Positions 18,949 through 28,746 of a DNA stretch of 54,990 nucleotides are shown here, one piece after another. A program made the translations under genes and the position numbers. The notes under the pieces were generated by a model. It saw nothing but the letters and a program-made list of their open reading frames with translations. It had not been told where the DNA came from and did no database searches. Position 1 is the first letter of the stretch, and each line of letters opens with the position of its first letter. The stretch spans positions 1-54,990 of IMG/VR virus record IMGVR_UViG_3300048813_000106; one strand, given 5' to 3'. This stretch comes from a virus. Taxonomy: Duplodnaviria; Caudoviricetes.

Positions 18949-19265
18949 CAGCAAGACCTCCAAACACCGCGCTCAAGGAACCCATGCCAGTAGCCCTCGC
19001 GGCCCCCGCTCCGCATAAGGGCGTCATCATCCGCAATCTCGATTTCACGGCCGGGCGGCGGCGATACCTCAATTGATGGGTTGACGGAGATGGTCCCGTC
19101 CTCATGTTCAACGACCTCGTGGGGCGTGAGATCACCCAGCAGGCCGTTAGGCGTGCGGGCATACCAGATCCACTCCCCGTCGCTCAGCACCCGGCCATAT
19201 GCGCCTGACTCGAAACAGGCCGAGCCACGCATCTCACCGTCGCCGACCCTCCTGCCCTGCATCAT
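18948..19265 (-). CDS. Hypothetical protein (DUF6527-like)
   Basis: DGTISVNPSI...WHGFLERGVW motif; coupled on both sides. Confidence 0.55.
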   Translation of the reverse strand: MMQGRRVGDGEMRGSACFESGAYGRVLSDGEWIWYARTPNGLLGDLTPHEVVEHEDGTISVNPSIEVSPPPGREIEIADDDALMRSGGREGYWHGFLERGVWRSC

Positions 19266-19678
19266 TCCGCCGCAGGCCGCGTCAACTGCACGTCCGTGTG
19301 GTCTTCCCAAGCCTGCACACTCGACACCTGAAACGGCCCCTGCACCACGACCTCACCGTTTTCGAGGATCGCCCCAACATGATCCCCGTCCTGAATATCA
19401 GCGCCCGCTTCCATGGTCAACACCCCGCCCGTGTAGAAGATGCGTGACTGCGGCTCTGCCCATTCCCTAGATGTGCTGCGACCCGACTGGGTACGCCACC
19501 ACGAGAACCGGCAAGGTATCTGCGCTACGACCTCGTATTCGGCTTTGCTCTCCTGCCCATATAGGCCAGGTTCGGCCTGGTCTCGTTCGACCGAAGCGAA
19601 CTGCGTGAGCAGCACGGCAAGGTCGAACGAGAGAGCCGACTCGTCGTAGCCAGTCGCCACGACGCCCCTACGCCACAA
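19262..19678 (-). CDS. Head closure / stopper protein
   Basis: Follows the capsid gene; YGQ......V...IPCR...ADIQDGD pattern; start may be a few codons downstream. Confidence 0.72.
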   Translation of the reverse strand: MWRRGVVATGYDESALSFDLAVLLTQFASVERDQAEPGLYGQESKAEYEVVAQIPCRFSWWRTQSGRSTSREWAEPQSRIFYTGGVLTMEAGADIQDGDHVGAILENGEVVVQGPFQVSSVQAWEDHTDVQLTRPAAE

Positions 19679-20669
19679 CCTTGGAGAAGAACATCCCGAG
19701 GTCCGACGCCGTGATTTTCATGTCATACGCCGCCCGGATCGCATACCAGTCCGTCCATGACCTGTCCAGGCGCCCGGAGTAGATCACGCCAGCCGTAGCG
19801 TTAGACACACCCGGTACGAGGTTCGTCCACGCGAACGTGTACCCCGCCGACGGTGTATCGATCGACGGCCCAGACGGCGCGAACGCCAGCAGCGCCGCCT
19901 TCGGGTTCGCGATGAATTTGAGGTTCGCCGGAGCACCCTCAAGCGCTTCGTTGTAGATCCCGCGAGCGACAATGATCTTGTCGACCTCGAACGCGGCAGC
20001 CATCGCCTGGCGGCCCACCAGGGCCGGTTCGTTCTGCGAGATGTACTTGATGCGGTTCAACAGTTCTTCGTTGTTGCGCAGCCCCGTGTACGCCTTCGCG
20101 CCAAGCACGAGGATGTTCGGGCGACGCCCCGTCGTTTCCTGCATTTCGTCCGCACGGCTCCCGAAGAACAACACGGGTTCCGTTTTTGCCTTGTTGAACT
20201 GTTCGTAGGTCTTCCCGGATTCCGACGCGGTACCGGAGGTACCTTCCCACGTCGTTTTCCACAACGACGGTTCAAAATACTGCGAGCACCATTCCGCATC
20301 CATGCCGATCAGGGCACGTTCCTCCAGGAATTCAGTCGCCCGGAGATCCGGGTGCACCGGGTCATCCGCGTTCTTTTTGATCCTGTCATCCAGGCGATAC
20401 TGCAACGCCCGCTCCGTGCACGAGAATTTCTTCGTTTCCGTGCCGTACTGATCGTACGCAGGCTCCTCGTTCATACCCCTTCGCGGGAAGTCGTTACGCA
20501 TCCACGCATCCCGCAGGAACACGAGGTAGTCATCAGACGCCGTATCCGTAGGGATCTGCGGAAAGGCCTGCAGCGCAATGAACTCGTCCTTCTCCTGCCG
20601 GTAGCGGATAGCGAAGTTTGTCGCCCACCGGTTTATATGGACGCTTGAGAGACCAATCTCAGCTGGCAT
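19668..20669 (-). CDS. Major capsid protein
   Basis: 333 aa after scaffold and decoration genes; GAAAGGA RBS; TGRRPNILVLG and C-terminal G.FFS.VV patterns. Confidence 0.9.
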   Translation of the reverse strand: MPAEIGLSSVHINRWATNFAIRYRQEKDEFIALQAFPQIPTDTASDDYLVFLRDAWMRNDFPRRGMNEEPAYDQYGTETKKFSCTERALQYRLDDRIKKNADDPVHPDLRATEFLEERALIGMDAEWCSQYFEPSLWKTTWEGTSGTASESGKTYEQFNKAKTEPVLFFGSRADEMQETTGRRPNILVLGAKAYTGLRNNEELLNRIKYISQNEPALVGRQAMAAAFEVDKIIVARGIYNEALEGAPANLKFIANPKAALLAFAPSGPSIDTPSAGYTFAWTNLVPGVSNATAGVIYSGRLDRSWTDWYAIRAAYDMKITASDLGMFFSKVVA

Positions 20670-20709
20670 TAGCCATCATCCTTTCTATATCTTCTGGAAG
20701 GACTCGGGC

Positions 20710-21078
20710 CTAGGCCGTTGTCACAGGTGGGCAGACAAGCGCTTCAACGATGTCGCCTGCCACGCCCGCTTCAAGGGCCACGCCAACGACTAGGCCATTC
20801 GATGCTTTGATGGCCTTCCCTTCACTGTTCACTTCAAGCTGGTTCCCGACAGCGATAGCACCGCCGATGATCACCTTCTGACGCTCCGCACCGAACACCA
20901 GCGTCGAGTACCCGCCGATTTCCGCGCCTTCGGTGATCGCATAACCCGCTTCACCCGCACCGGCCAATTCGCATTCGCCGGTGGACGTGAGCTTCGCGAA
21001 ATAGAATTCTTTTTCCAGCAGGTTCGTAGCCGACTTCACCGCTTTCAGCGCATGCGGGTCTACGTTTGACTTGGCCAT
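20710..21078 (-). CDS. Capsid decoration/cement protein
   Basis: 122 aa before the capsid gene; GGAIAVG..L....GKA......VGVALEAG.AGDIV. Confidence 0.75.
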   Translation of the reverse strand: MAKSNVDPHALKAVKSATNLLEKEFYFAKLTSTGECELAGAGEAGYAITEGAEIGGYSTLVFGAERQKVIIGGAIAVGNQLEVNSEGKAIKASNGLVVGVALEAGVAGDIVEALVCPPVTTA

Positions 21079-21122
21079 GGTGGCCGCTCCTTTTCTATTA
21101 GGGACGAGACGGGACGGCCGGG

Positions 21123-21989
21123 TTAGACCCCGGCACGCTCCTTCTCGTACTGGGCCGCCACGGCAGGGTCACGCATCGCGCGACGAAAAGCCTCAGCGCT
21201 CGACATGTTCGGGTCAGACTTCTGCAGCTCCTCAGCCTTCTGCATGGCTTCCGGCAGGCCGGGGCCAGACGGGGACGTGACACGCTGGCCACTACGCCCA
21301 TACTCCGCCTCAATCGAGCCCTTACGGAGCTGCTCGTTGATCGCGGACTGTTCGCGGAAATACCCGTCGTAGTCCGCCTTCTCCAGCGTCTCGGAGAACT
21401 TCTTCAGGCGCTTACCGACGACCTCCGGGTCCCCCATGTGCGGAAGCTCGCTCTTGGCGAGGTCAACGAACTCGGCCTCGACACGCGTTTCACGCTCACT
21501 CTTAGCGATCTCCTCCGCCGACTCCGCACGCTCCTTGTTGACCTCGGCTTCCTTGCGAAGCTCAGCCACCTCGGCGTCACGCTTCAGGAGATACGCCTTC
21601 ACACCCTCCGGAAGGTCAGCCTTGGAGAGGTCGTCCGGGTCGTCCTCGTCGTCGTCCATCTTCGGGGCCGGTTTCGCTTTGCCGCCACCAGCCTGCTTCT
21701 CCAGCTCGGCCTTCGCGTCCTCAGCGGCCTGCGCCTTCGCGAGGGCCTCGTCCCGGTCCTTCTCAGCGGCCTTGGTGGCCTCTTCGGCCTTGACTAGCGC
21801 CGCCTGCGTTTCCTCGGGGGTCATAGCTGACCCTCCTTTCTCGCCCGGCAGCGCCGGATCGTTGGGTGCATCCTCGGACTTCCACAACAGCATCCGTCGA
21901 GGTTGCGTTGGGCTATTTGGGTCCCTTGTTGCCGCGCGCTCGACCAGGCTTACGCGTCGCACGCGGGCATCCGTCACTTGATTAGGCAT
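21123..21989 (-). CDS. Capsid scaffolding protein
   Basis: Charged coiled-coil; N-terminal VSLVERAA segment; second possible start at MTPEE with AAAGGAGG. Confidence 0.75.
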   Translation of the reverse strand: MPNQVTDARVRRVSLVERAATRDPNSPTQPRRMLLWKSEDAPNDPALPGEKGGSAMTPEETQAALVKAEEATKAAEKDRDEALAKAQAAEDAKAELEKQAGGGKAKPAPKMDDDEDDPDDLSKADLPEGVKAYLLKRDAEVAELRKEAEVNKERAESAEEIAKSERETRVEAEFVDLAKSELPHMGDPEVVGKRLKKFSETLEKADYDGYFREQSAINEQLRKGSIEAEYGRSGQRVTSPSGPGLPEAMQKAEELQKSDPNMSSAEAFRRAMRDPAVAAQYEKERAGV

Positions 21990-22649
21990 CTAGACCTCCA
22001 CTGGGTGACGGAAACCAAGCCCTTCGAGGCTCAATCCCGTCAGCTTGCCTTCATCGACTTCCTGCTTTACCAGCGGGTCATCGATCTGCCATGCCTGCAC
22101 CCATGAGGACTTCGTGACTGGCTCACCGCCCAACACCATGTCCATCGGCGCTATGTAATTCTCGATCAGGTCCGCCCCGGCGTCCCGGCCACTGTGCTGC
22201 ACGTCCGGGGAGTGCTCTGCCTTCGAGAGCGAGTAGTCCCGCATGAAGCCATGGCATGCCTTCTCGATCTCTGCCGGGGCGAAGATGTCGCCTTGGCTAT
22301 CTTCGAGCCCCGGCTCTAGGACGACACCATAAAACTTGCCCTCGACATCGCTCTTACGCAGCGGGCAGGTATAGGCGACCTCCGCCTTCTCCATCTCGCC
22401 GATGTCCGGGTAACGGCTGTGAACGGCCGCTTTGACCTTGGCCTGTTCGTCCGCGTTCCCGTGCTGAGCGACACGAGCAAGGGCGTTCCGGGCGTGGGAG
22501 GCATCGTGGATGGGGTAGCGACGCCCAGGCAGCGCGAAGTCGGAATCCTTCAGGTCATTCCGCGCGTCAGCGTCAAGCGCCGCCTTCTCCAGCTCGTCGG
22601 CCTCACCGGCCCTCGCGAGCACATCCAGCGATTTGGTCAGCCAGGACAT
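21990..22649 (-). CDS. Prohead protease (XkdF-like) with N-terminal DUF6582-like domain
   Basis: YGVVLEP...DSQGD....EIEKACH.FM...QH...IENYIAP...G.LTGLSLEG; N-terminal DSDFALPGRRYPIHDASHARNAL. Confidence 0.8.
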   Translation of the reverse strand: MSWLTKSLDVLARAGEADELEKAALDADARNDLKDSDFALPGRRYPIHDASHARNALARVAQHGNADEQAKVKAAVHSRYPDIGEMEKAEVAYTCPLRKSDVEGKFYGVVLEPGLEDSQGDIFAPAEIEKACHGFMRDYSLSKAEHSPDVQHSGRDAGADLIENYIAPMDMVLGGEPVTKSSWVQAWQIDDPLVKQEVDEGKLTGLSLEGLGFRHPVEV

Positions 22650-22659
22650 AGGGCCTCCT

Positions 22660-25350
22660 TCAGGCTTCGGGGGTCACGACAGGGTTGTAAGACAGGCCAG
22701 AACCCACATGCGGGGCAGACGGCGCGTCAGCAAGCAGGAACGTCTCTCCGTCGCGGTCCCCGCCATGCGTCTGCAAGCCCACGACCCGCGGACTGGACCC
22801 GTAAGCAACGAGAGACGCAGCCCGCTGCATCGCGGCCGTCTCATTCGCTGCGATCAGCTCCGAGCGGTAGCCAACACCAGCTTTCACGAACCTGCCTGCC
22901 GGTACCGCCTTGCGTATCCGTTGCGCTGTACGGCCTGGGTCCTCTCCGGCCTGCACACCCGCCTCTACGGCCTTCAAGATGGCCTGGCGGACCTGGGGTT
23001 CGATATCACGACAGGAGAGCTTCCTAGAGCCCTTTATGCGCCGGATATCGGCATCCGCGATAGCGAGGTCAAGGCCGGTCTCCGTCTTGAGCAGAAGCTC
23101 CGTGTCACGCGCCACCCTGCCCGCATGAGCGGCAAGAGCCGGAGTCAGGCGCTGCTGAACCCACGCGGCGATCCCGAGAGACCGGACTACCTTCGCGGTG
23201 ACGCTGCGCATCTCGCGTTTCCCGGTCGGCAACTCACCCTTACGCACCGTCGTCAGATATGCGCTCGCAGCACGCGACCCAAGCTCCTGCAGCAACCCCG
23301 TCATCTGACCGTCCAGGGCACCGGAGAGGACCCTCGCACGCGTCGCTAGTGCAGGGCCTACGTCGATCACCTGCCCGTCAGCCTTCGCTAGCCGCGCCTG
23401 CCCAAAAGGGACACGGAGCACTTCCTCCCCGCGGTGCACTGAGAGATGGGTGAACTTGATGGGGGTCTCCGGCAACGGGTCCGGGAGCGGGTCGCCCTCG
23501 TCCTGGTAAGTGAGCGTCACATGCGGGCGGAAGCCGCTGTGTTCGCTGGCGTTCAACGGCTCGAACGCGGCCCTGAGCTTGTCGAGACCCGCGATCTTCG
23601 GCACCGCGTACACCGGCACCTTGCCATCGCTCGCCTCCGAAGGCTCAAACGTCCCCTGACCGCCAACGGTGCCTTTCGGGGGCTTCGTGGTAGCCGCGAC
23701 ACTGCGTGCCGTCTCAACGGCCTGTGCGAACGTCTCGTCGTCCACGTCGCTGCCGAGGAGCACGACCGTCAGATGGTGGTCCTGCACCCCGTCGTCCATC
23801 GCTGGCAGCGTGCCTGGCACGAGGTCCAGCGACACCATCCCAGTGCCCTTGCCTACCTGCGCGGCGTCCTTCTGCAGCTTCGACGGTTCCAGTTTCCCGG
23901 CAGCAGGCTTCGCTGGTTCGACAGGCTTCGCGGGCGCCACGGGGAACGTGAAATCCGACCCCAGGCCAGCAGACTCGAACAGTTGCTTCTTGAACTTCGG
24001 GTCATCCGGCAACGTGAGGCCAGCAGCAGCCATGTTCGACAAGAACAGGCCGACCTTTTCGAGGTCTATGCGGCCCGCCGTGGTAGCAACGATTTTCGGG
24101 GGGTCGTTCGTCTTGACCCCATTCAACCTCAACAGGCGCGGGATGGCGTACCGGTTCATCGGCTTGAGGATCTGGTCAATCATGGCGTCCACAGCCATCC
24201 CAAAAAGCTCCGACTTCACATCGACCATCGCATACGAGCCAAGGCCGTCCTGCCCCAGGAGCATGAAGTCAGCGGCCACGCTTGCGGCGATCCTCTGCTC
24301 GTACCGGCGGATCACCTTGTCCAGGTCAAACTGGCGGGACCCCGCCGCCGACATCAATTCGAACTCCCACTCCGCTGTCGGGAAAACGAGCCCCTCGTCC
24401 TCATCCCTATGGACAGTGGTAACGAGTTCCGTTACACGGTTATACAGCTCCGTGTTCTCCTGCGCGAACAAGTCCACACCCGGAGGCGGCTTCGCTATCG
24501 GGATACCCGCAAGGTCTCTCGCTGCGCCCACGGCCTCGATGTCCTGTAGGCCACGCAGCCGGAAGAATGACGGCCAGCTACGACGCAAAATCGAATAGCC
24601 TTCTGGATTGTTCCTGACACGCCGGTTGCGGATCAGCACCAGCTTTGTGATCGGAATGTTGTGGTGGCCGCCGTGCCAGTCGAGCTGCTCAAGGCCACGC
24701 AGGCTGCTGTACCCGTCGAAATGCCAGTGCAGCGTGGTTTCCTGGGCACGCAGCGGCAGCTTCCGCCACCCGACAAGACCGTCCGTGTACGCGCTACTGC
24801 CGGGGTGCTGGGGTTCTTCGGTGGTAGGCGTCTCGTCGTCTGAACCCATTTCGTCCTGGCCCGGCTGTTCACCCCGGCGGTACTTGAACACTTCCTCCAT
24901 CGCCGCATACCCATAAGGCAGATGGGTCAAGGCTTCGCAGATGAAGTCGTCCCAGCCATGCGACATGTCGTGCATCGATTGCTCAATGTGATTGCGCCAG
25001 CGGGGTTCGCCACCCTCAACCGAGTAGTCCACGCGCTGCGCGAGCATTTCGATCATGAACAAGAAGCCGCCCGCGATGGGGTCGTTATCTAGAAATTCGC
25101 GGTAACGCCACGCGGCCTCGCGGCCTTGGAGTTCCCCAAGCCACTCATCCAACACCCAGCCTGACCACTGTCTGAGACCCGATGTCCCGATCTCCACGAA
25201 CGGCGAGACCTTGCGCGGACCCTGGGACTGACGGTCCCCTACGGCCATCGGGCGAACGATGGCCGTAGCACCACCAGTAGATGAAGACGTGGAGCTACGC
25301 GACCCGATAGCGCGTGCACCTTGGGAGCCGCCGCGAGACTTATTCGCCAT
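22660..25350 (-). CDS. Portal protein fused to 2H-phosphoesterase (Acb1-like) and MuF-like domains
   Basis: After TerL; portal-type EIGTSGL, NNPEGYSILR, RDLAGIP; HLT (23767-23775) and HVT (23515-23523); C-terminal RSELIAANET. Confidence 0.85.
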   Translation of the reverse strand: MANKSRGGSQGARAIGSRSSTSSSTGGATAIVRPMAVGDRQSQGPRKVSPFVEIGTSGLRQWSGWVLDEWLGELQGREAAWRYREFLDNDPIAGGFLFMIEMLAQRVDYSVEGGEPRWRNHIEQSMHDMSHGWDDFICEALTHLPYGYAAMEEVFKYRRGEQPGQDEMGSDDETPTTEEPQHPGSSAYTDGLVGWRKLPLRAQETTLHWHFDGYSSLRGLEQLDWHGGHHNIPITKLVLIRNRRVRNNPEGYSILRRSWPSFFRLRGLQDIEAVGAARDLAGIPIAKPPPGVDLFAQENTELYNRVTELVTTVHRDEDEGLVFPTAEWEFELMSAAGSRQFDLDKVIRRYEQRIAASVAADFMLLGQDGLGSYAMVDVKSELFGMAVDAMIDQILKPMNRYAIPRLLRLNGVKTNDPPKIVATTAGRIDLEKVGLFLSNMAAAGLTLPDDPKFKKQLFESAGLGSDFTFPVAPAKPVEPAKPAAGKLEPSKLQKDAAQVGKGTGMVSLDLVPGTLPAMDDGVQDHHLTVVLLGSDVDDETFAQAVETARSVAATTKPPKGTVGGQGTFEPSEASDGKVPVYAVPKIAGLDKLRAAFEPLNASEHSGFRPHVTLTYQDEGDPLPDPLPETPIKFTHLSVHRGEEVLRVPFGQARLAKADGQVIDVGPALATRARVLSGALDGQMTGLLQELGSRAASAYLTTVRKGELPTGKREMRSVTAKVVRSLGIAAWVQQRLTPALAAHAGRVARDTELLLKTETGLDLAIADADIRRIKGSRKLSCRDIEPQVRQAILKAVEAGVQAGEDPGRTAQRIRKAVPAGRFVKAGVGYRSELIAANETAAMQRAASLVAYGSSPRVVGLQTHGGDRDGETFLLADAPSAPHVGSGLSYNPVVTPEA

Positions 25351-25377
25351 GCAATGCGCCTCCTCGAAGGTAAGGTG

Positions 25378-26976
25378 TTAGACGGAGCGGCCGAAGCCAG
25401 CGCCGCCACCGGCACGCTGATGCAGCGCACCCCACCGTGACCCGCCGGGACGCCTGAGAACCTGGGGAGCAGCGACAGTCGGGGCGATACGGCTCAGAAA
25501 ATATGATTGCACTACGGAATCGCCACTATCCGTAGAGCGCTTGAGTCTCTTGCGAATCTCTTTCTTAGCTTCCACCTTGATCTTGCCGCCAGTGACTTCC
25601 TCCCAGCGCGGCGCCAAGAGGTCTGCGGTGAGCTGTTCATCGGGTGGGATCGCAAGCTCGAACCCTGACCCGGGCTCTAGCATTTCGCGGAGGTTCCACC
25701 ATGCAGCGTCTCGAACGGACGTGAACCCGAGCTGCCCGCCACGGGTACGCAAATCGGTTTTGTTGGATGCGACGAAGTCAACGACGGACCTGCCGCGTTT
25801 GCGAAGCTCGTTCGCGATCACTTCACCCTGACCAATAGCGTCTATCACGACGCGTGCGCCGCGTTCGGGTGCTGCCGCGAGGCCCTGTAGCTCATCGGTG
25901 GTGACGGCCGTGTCGGGCTCGTGGGGGCGCACCAGCACAGCGGAGATCACGGGGCCGTGGCGTAGCGCGTAGACGGTGCGGTCCTCCCCGCGTCCCGCGA
26001 TGTCAGCCCCGATGATTTCCAGCGGGCCGAGAGAATCATGGACAGGGACGATCAGGCTGTTCGTTGGGGCGAGCTGCAGCATCCGCCAACGCTCGTTCGC
26101 TTCTTCCAGATGATCCATGCGGATCACGGCGTCTACCTGCTGGCGGGCGAACTCCCCGAGCACATGGTTCGCGTACCACGCGGAGTCTTCACCGAACTGT
26201 GCGGCGCGCTGTTTGCGCCACACCTGCGTCATACGTTTCGCCTTCAGCACCCGGTCAAGCTCAACATGGATGGGGTGCCAGTCCTCATACCCCGCTGCGC
26301 CTTCGTGAATGTCGTAGAACCGGCCCTCCGGTGCCCCCGGTGTCGAGGACGCGAGCGCATACGCAGCCTGGTCGGATTCTGGTCCTGCCCCGGCGAACGC
26401 ACCCTCAAGGCTGTTCCACGTATCTTCCGGGATCAACTTGGCCTCATCGAGGAGGACGAAAAGCTCATCAGCGTGAGCACCCTCAATCTTCCCACTATCT
26501 GTCGGTGCGGCCATCGTGATCGCCCCGAACTTCAGGCGCAGCCCGAGGAGCGTCATCTCCTCCGCAGGCTTGAACGGCTCCCGGCCGATCCTCTCCCAGT
26601 TCAAGCGGGGTGCGAGCTTGGACCGAAGCTCAGGCCACAGGTAATGCTGAAGCTGACTCCACGCGCCTGCGGTGACGACACACTTCCAGTCCTCCCCGCA
26701 GGCATCACGCGTTAGCGAGAACCACAGCAGAGAGAGGACCGCCGTGAAGGTCTTTCCGAGGGTTCGCGGGCCTCGCACGGCGACACGCTGATGGTCTACG
26801 AGCGCCTGGAGGATTTCCTCCTGGTACTCCGTCAGCCCACCGGCCTGCCCTGTCTTGCGGCCCGTGGGCCACGTGAGGCAGTCACGGGCGAAGCCAACAG
26901 GGTCGTTGTGATACTGCGCGACGCCCGTGACTGGCGGGTCGAACAGGTCGGCGAGGCGCGAAGCGGATGAAGCCAT
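25378..26976 (-). CDS. terL: Terminase large subunit
   Basis: LTEYQ Q-motif, Walker A GPRTLGKT, Walker B LLDEA, motif III SSTP, nuclease GADIAGRGED and RSTDSGDS. Confidence 0.95.
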   Translation of the reverse strand: MASSASRLADLFDPPVTGVAQYHNDPVGFARDCLTWPTGRKTGQAGGLTEYQEEILQALVDHQRVAVRGPRTLGKTFTAVLSLLWFSLTRDACGEDWKCVVTAGAWSQLQHYLWPELRSKLAPRLNWERIGREPFKPAEEMTLLGLRLKFGAITMAAPTDSGKIEGAHADELFVLLDEAKLIPEDTWNSLEGAFAGAGPESDQAAYALASSTPGAPEGRFYDIHEGAAGYEDWHPIHVELDRVLKAKRMTQVWRKQRAAQFGEDSAWYANHVLGEFARQQVDAVIRMDHLEEANERWRMLQLAPTNSLIVPVHDSLGPLEIIGADIAGRGEDRTVYALRHGPVISAVLVRPHEPDTAVTTDELQGLAAAPERGARVVIDAIGQGEVIANELRKRGRSVVDFVASNKTDLRTRGGQLGFTSVRDAAWWNLREMLEPGSGFELAIPPDEQLTADLLAPRWEEVTGGKIKVEAKKEIRKRLKRSTDSGDSVVQSYFLSRIAPTVAAPQVLRRPGGSRWGALHQRAGGGAGFGRSV

Positions 26977-26994
26977 CGAACCTCCTATACGTGG

Positions 26995-27885
26995 CTACGC
27001 GAGCGGCTTGCCTCTCCCCGGCACGATGGGACACCCAGCGATGAGAGGCACACGATCCGGGCGACTCCCGCCGGGCTTGAACTGGAGCCTGGTTAGCGCT
27101 TCGCCATCCAGGAACGCATTCCAGGTTCGCACGAGGAACACGGCCCGAATATTGGTCCCTATAGGCGAATGACCTTCCAGCTCGCGTTTCATGCGCTCAC
27201 GCAAGGCGTGGATGGCCACTTCGCCTGGGGCATCCCCGAATCGGCCCGTCAGGAGTTTGTCGTGGAAGGCGTCCACCTCCTCAGGCTCGGTGCCCATGCT
27301 CGCTAGGTAGAGAAAGGCGTTGTAGAGACCTCCCGCTATCCCCGACGGCGTGCGTGTGGTGTAGTCCTCGCCGAGTGTGGGGTGATCGACTTGTAGGCGT
27401 TCCAGCTCGGGGACAGTCGGAGATGGGAGGCCCCGCCCATCGAGGCGCCCCCATCCGGTGTAAAACCAAAGAGAGCGTATGGAGGCCGCCACGCCGTTCG
27501 CGTTCGGCACCCTATCGATGCGAAGCTGCTGGCCAAAGCTACGGGACTTGCCGGTATCACGCACGCCCTGCGAGGCACGAGGTAGACCGCCCACCAGCAG
27601 CATCCATTGAGCCGTGCCGGACTCTAGGATAGCTTCGCATCGATGCTGCGCGTCGAACATATTCTCCTGTTCGTCGGTGAGTATCGATGAGCCTGGAGCC
27701 CAGTCTCCGCTTTGCATATCGCGAGCGAGGCGGGCGACATGTTTCGGGTCTATGGCGCGATTACGGCCTTGCGTCCGAAGTAGGTCCTTCGCCTCATCGG
27801 GACCCACAAGGACCCATTCCGCCCAGATACGCGTGCCTGGGATGTAGATACGGGAGCGATCTGACGCAGTCGCTACGGTGGACAT
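26995..27885 (-). CDS. ParB/Srx-like (DGQHR-type) domain protein
   Basis: NRAI....VARLARDM.SG.W...DAQHRCEAI...DTGKSRS; GAGGAGG RBS. Confidence 0.7.
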   Translation of the reverse strand: MSTVATASDRSRIYIPGTRIWAEWVLVGPDEAKDLLRTQGRNRAIDPKHVARLARDMQSGDWAPGSSILTDEQENMFDAQHRCEAILESGTAQWMLLVGGLPRASQGVRDTGKSRSFGQQLRIDRVPNANGVAASIRSLWFYTGWGRLDGRGLPSPTVPELERLQVDHPTLGEDYTTRTPSGIAGGLYNAFLYLASMGTEPEEVDAFHDKLLTGRFGDAPGEVAIHALRERMKRELEGHSPIGTNIRAVFLVRTWNAFLDGEALTRLQFKPGGSRPDRVPLIAGCPIVPGRGKPLA

Positions 27886-27910
27886 CTCGTTGCCTCCTCG
27901 CTAGGTGATG

Positions 27911-27957
27911 AGCATGTGCCCGGGCGCTTCGCACGTCGCGGGCACACACTTCATGCT
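27911..27957. promoter_or_regulatory. Stem-loop upstream of the ParB-like gene
   Basis: tgtgcccg (27915-27922) pairs with cgggcaca (27939-27946); alternative outer pairing agcatg/catgct. Confidence 0.4.
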
Positions 27958-28171
27958 AACGGAAGATCGGATGGTCCTTCGGCGAATGGCGTGTCGGCAA
28001 CCCGAAGAACGCCCATGCGTTGTGAACGTCCTCCTCCATCAGTGCGCGGTCGAAGCGTCCTGACTCGCAGTCCGCGTAAATGACCTTCTGGATGATGTGA
28101 CTGGCGGGAGAAGCGAGGATGTGGGCCACCCGTCGAGAGAGAGCCGCGACTGGGTCCACGGTGTCAGCCAC
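27956..28171 (-). CDS. Hypothetical protein
   Basis: 71 aa ORF overlapping the upstream stop. Confidence 0.55.
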   Translation of the reverse strand: MADTVDPVAALSRRVAHILASPASHIIQKVIYADCESGRFDRALMEEDVHNAWAFFGLPTRHSPKDHPIFR

Positions 28172-28715
28172 GGTCGTCTAGGTGTTCCGTGCGATCAAGA
28201 GCCCGCAGGACCGCACGCGTAGCGTCACCCGAAGGCAGTGACCGTAGCGTGTCTTTGAGAGCGTTACGCAGCAGCAGGGCGTCCGCAAAGTTCGCGTCAC
28301 TCTCGTTCTGCACCGCGTCGATGATCTCCTTCGCGTAGTACCGGATCATGTGCTCCTGAACCCACGCCCACACGTCGAAGGGGCCGCGCTCCCGGCCCCC
28401 CTCGATGGCCTTCGCTTCGCCGCGAGGACCGTGTTTGGCCACGGGAGGAGCCTCCACCCGCAGGATCTCAGCCTCAACCGCAAGCAACATCCTAAGAGAG
28501 CGCGGGTGCCTCCACTCGCACCGGTTTAGCTGCTCGCGTGCAGCCATCAGGAACTGATCATCTTCGATCTGCTCGTACCTCTCTTCGACCCGTCGGGTCA
28601 GGACCGCCTCCCGCTGCTCGGCGGTAAGGGGTGCCAGTCCGAGAGCCCTCCGAGCGGCTTCAACGGGTTCAAGGATGGCCCTCTCTTGCTCAACGCGCTC
28701 GTCAACCGTGCTCAT
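28164..28715 (-). CDS. Hypothetical protein
   Basis: 183 aa, GAGGAGG RBS, helical composition. Confidence 0.7.
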   Translation of the reverse strand: MSTVDERVEQERAILEPVEAARRALGLAPLTAEQREAVLTRRVEERYEQIEDDQFLMAAREQLNRCEWRHPRSLRMLLAVEAEILRVEAPPVAKHGPRGEAKAIEGGRERGPFDVWAWVQEHMIRYYAKEIIDAVQNESDANFADALLLRNALKDTLRSLPSGDATRAVLRALDRTEHLDDRG

Positions 28716-28746
28716 GCCGTCCTCCTCGCTCGTATCGAGACGCGAA

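Noticed and set aside
22633-24598. Plus-strand ORFs opposite the portal gene
   Set aside because: Antisense shadows without recognisable domains
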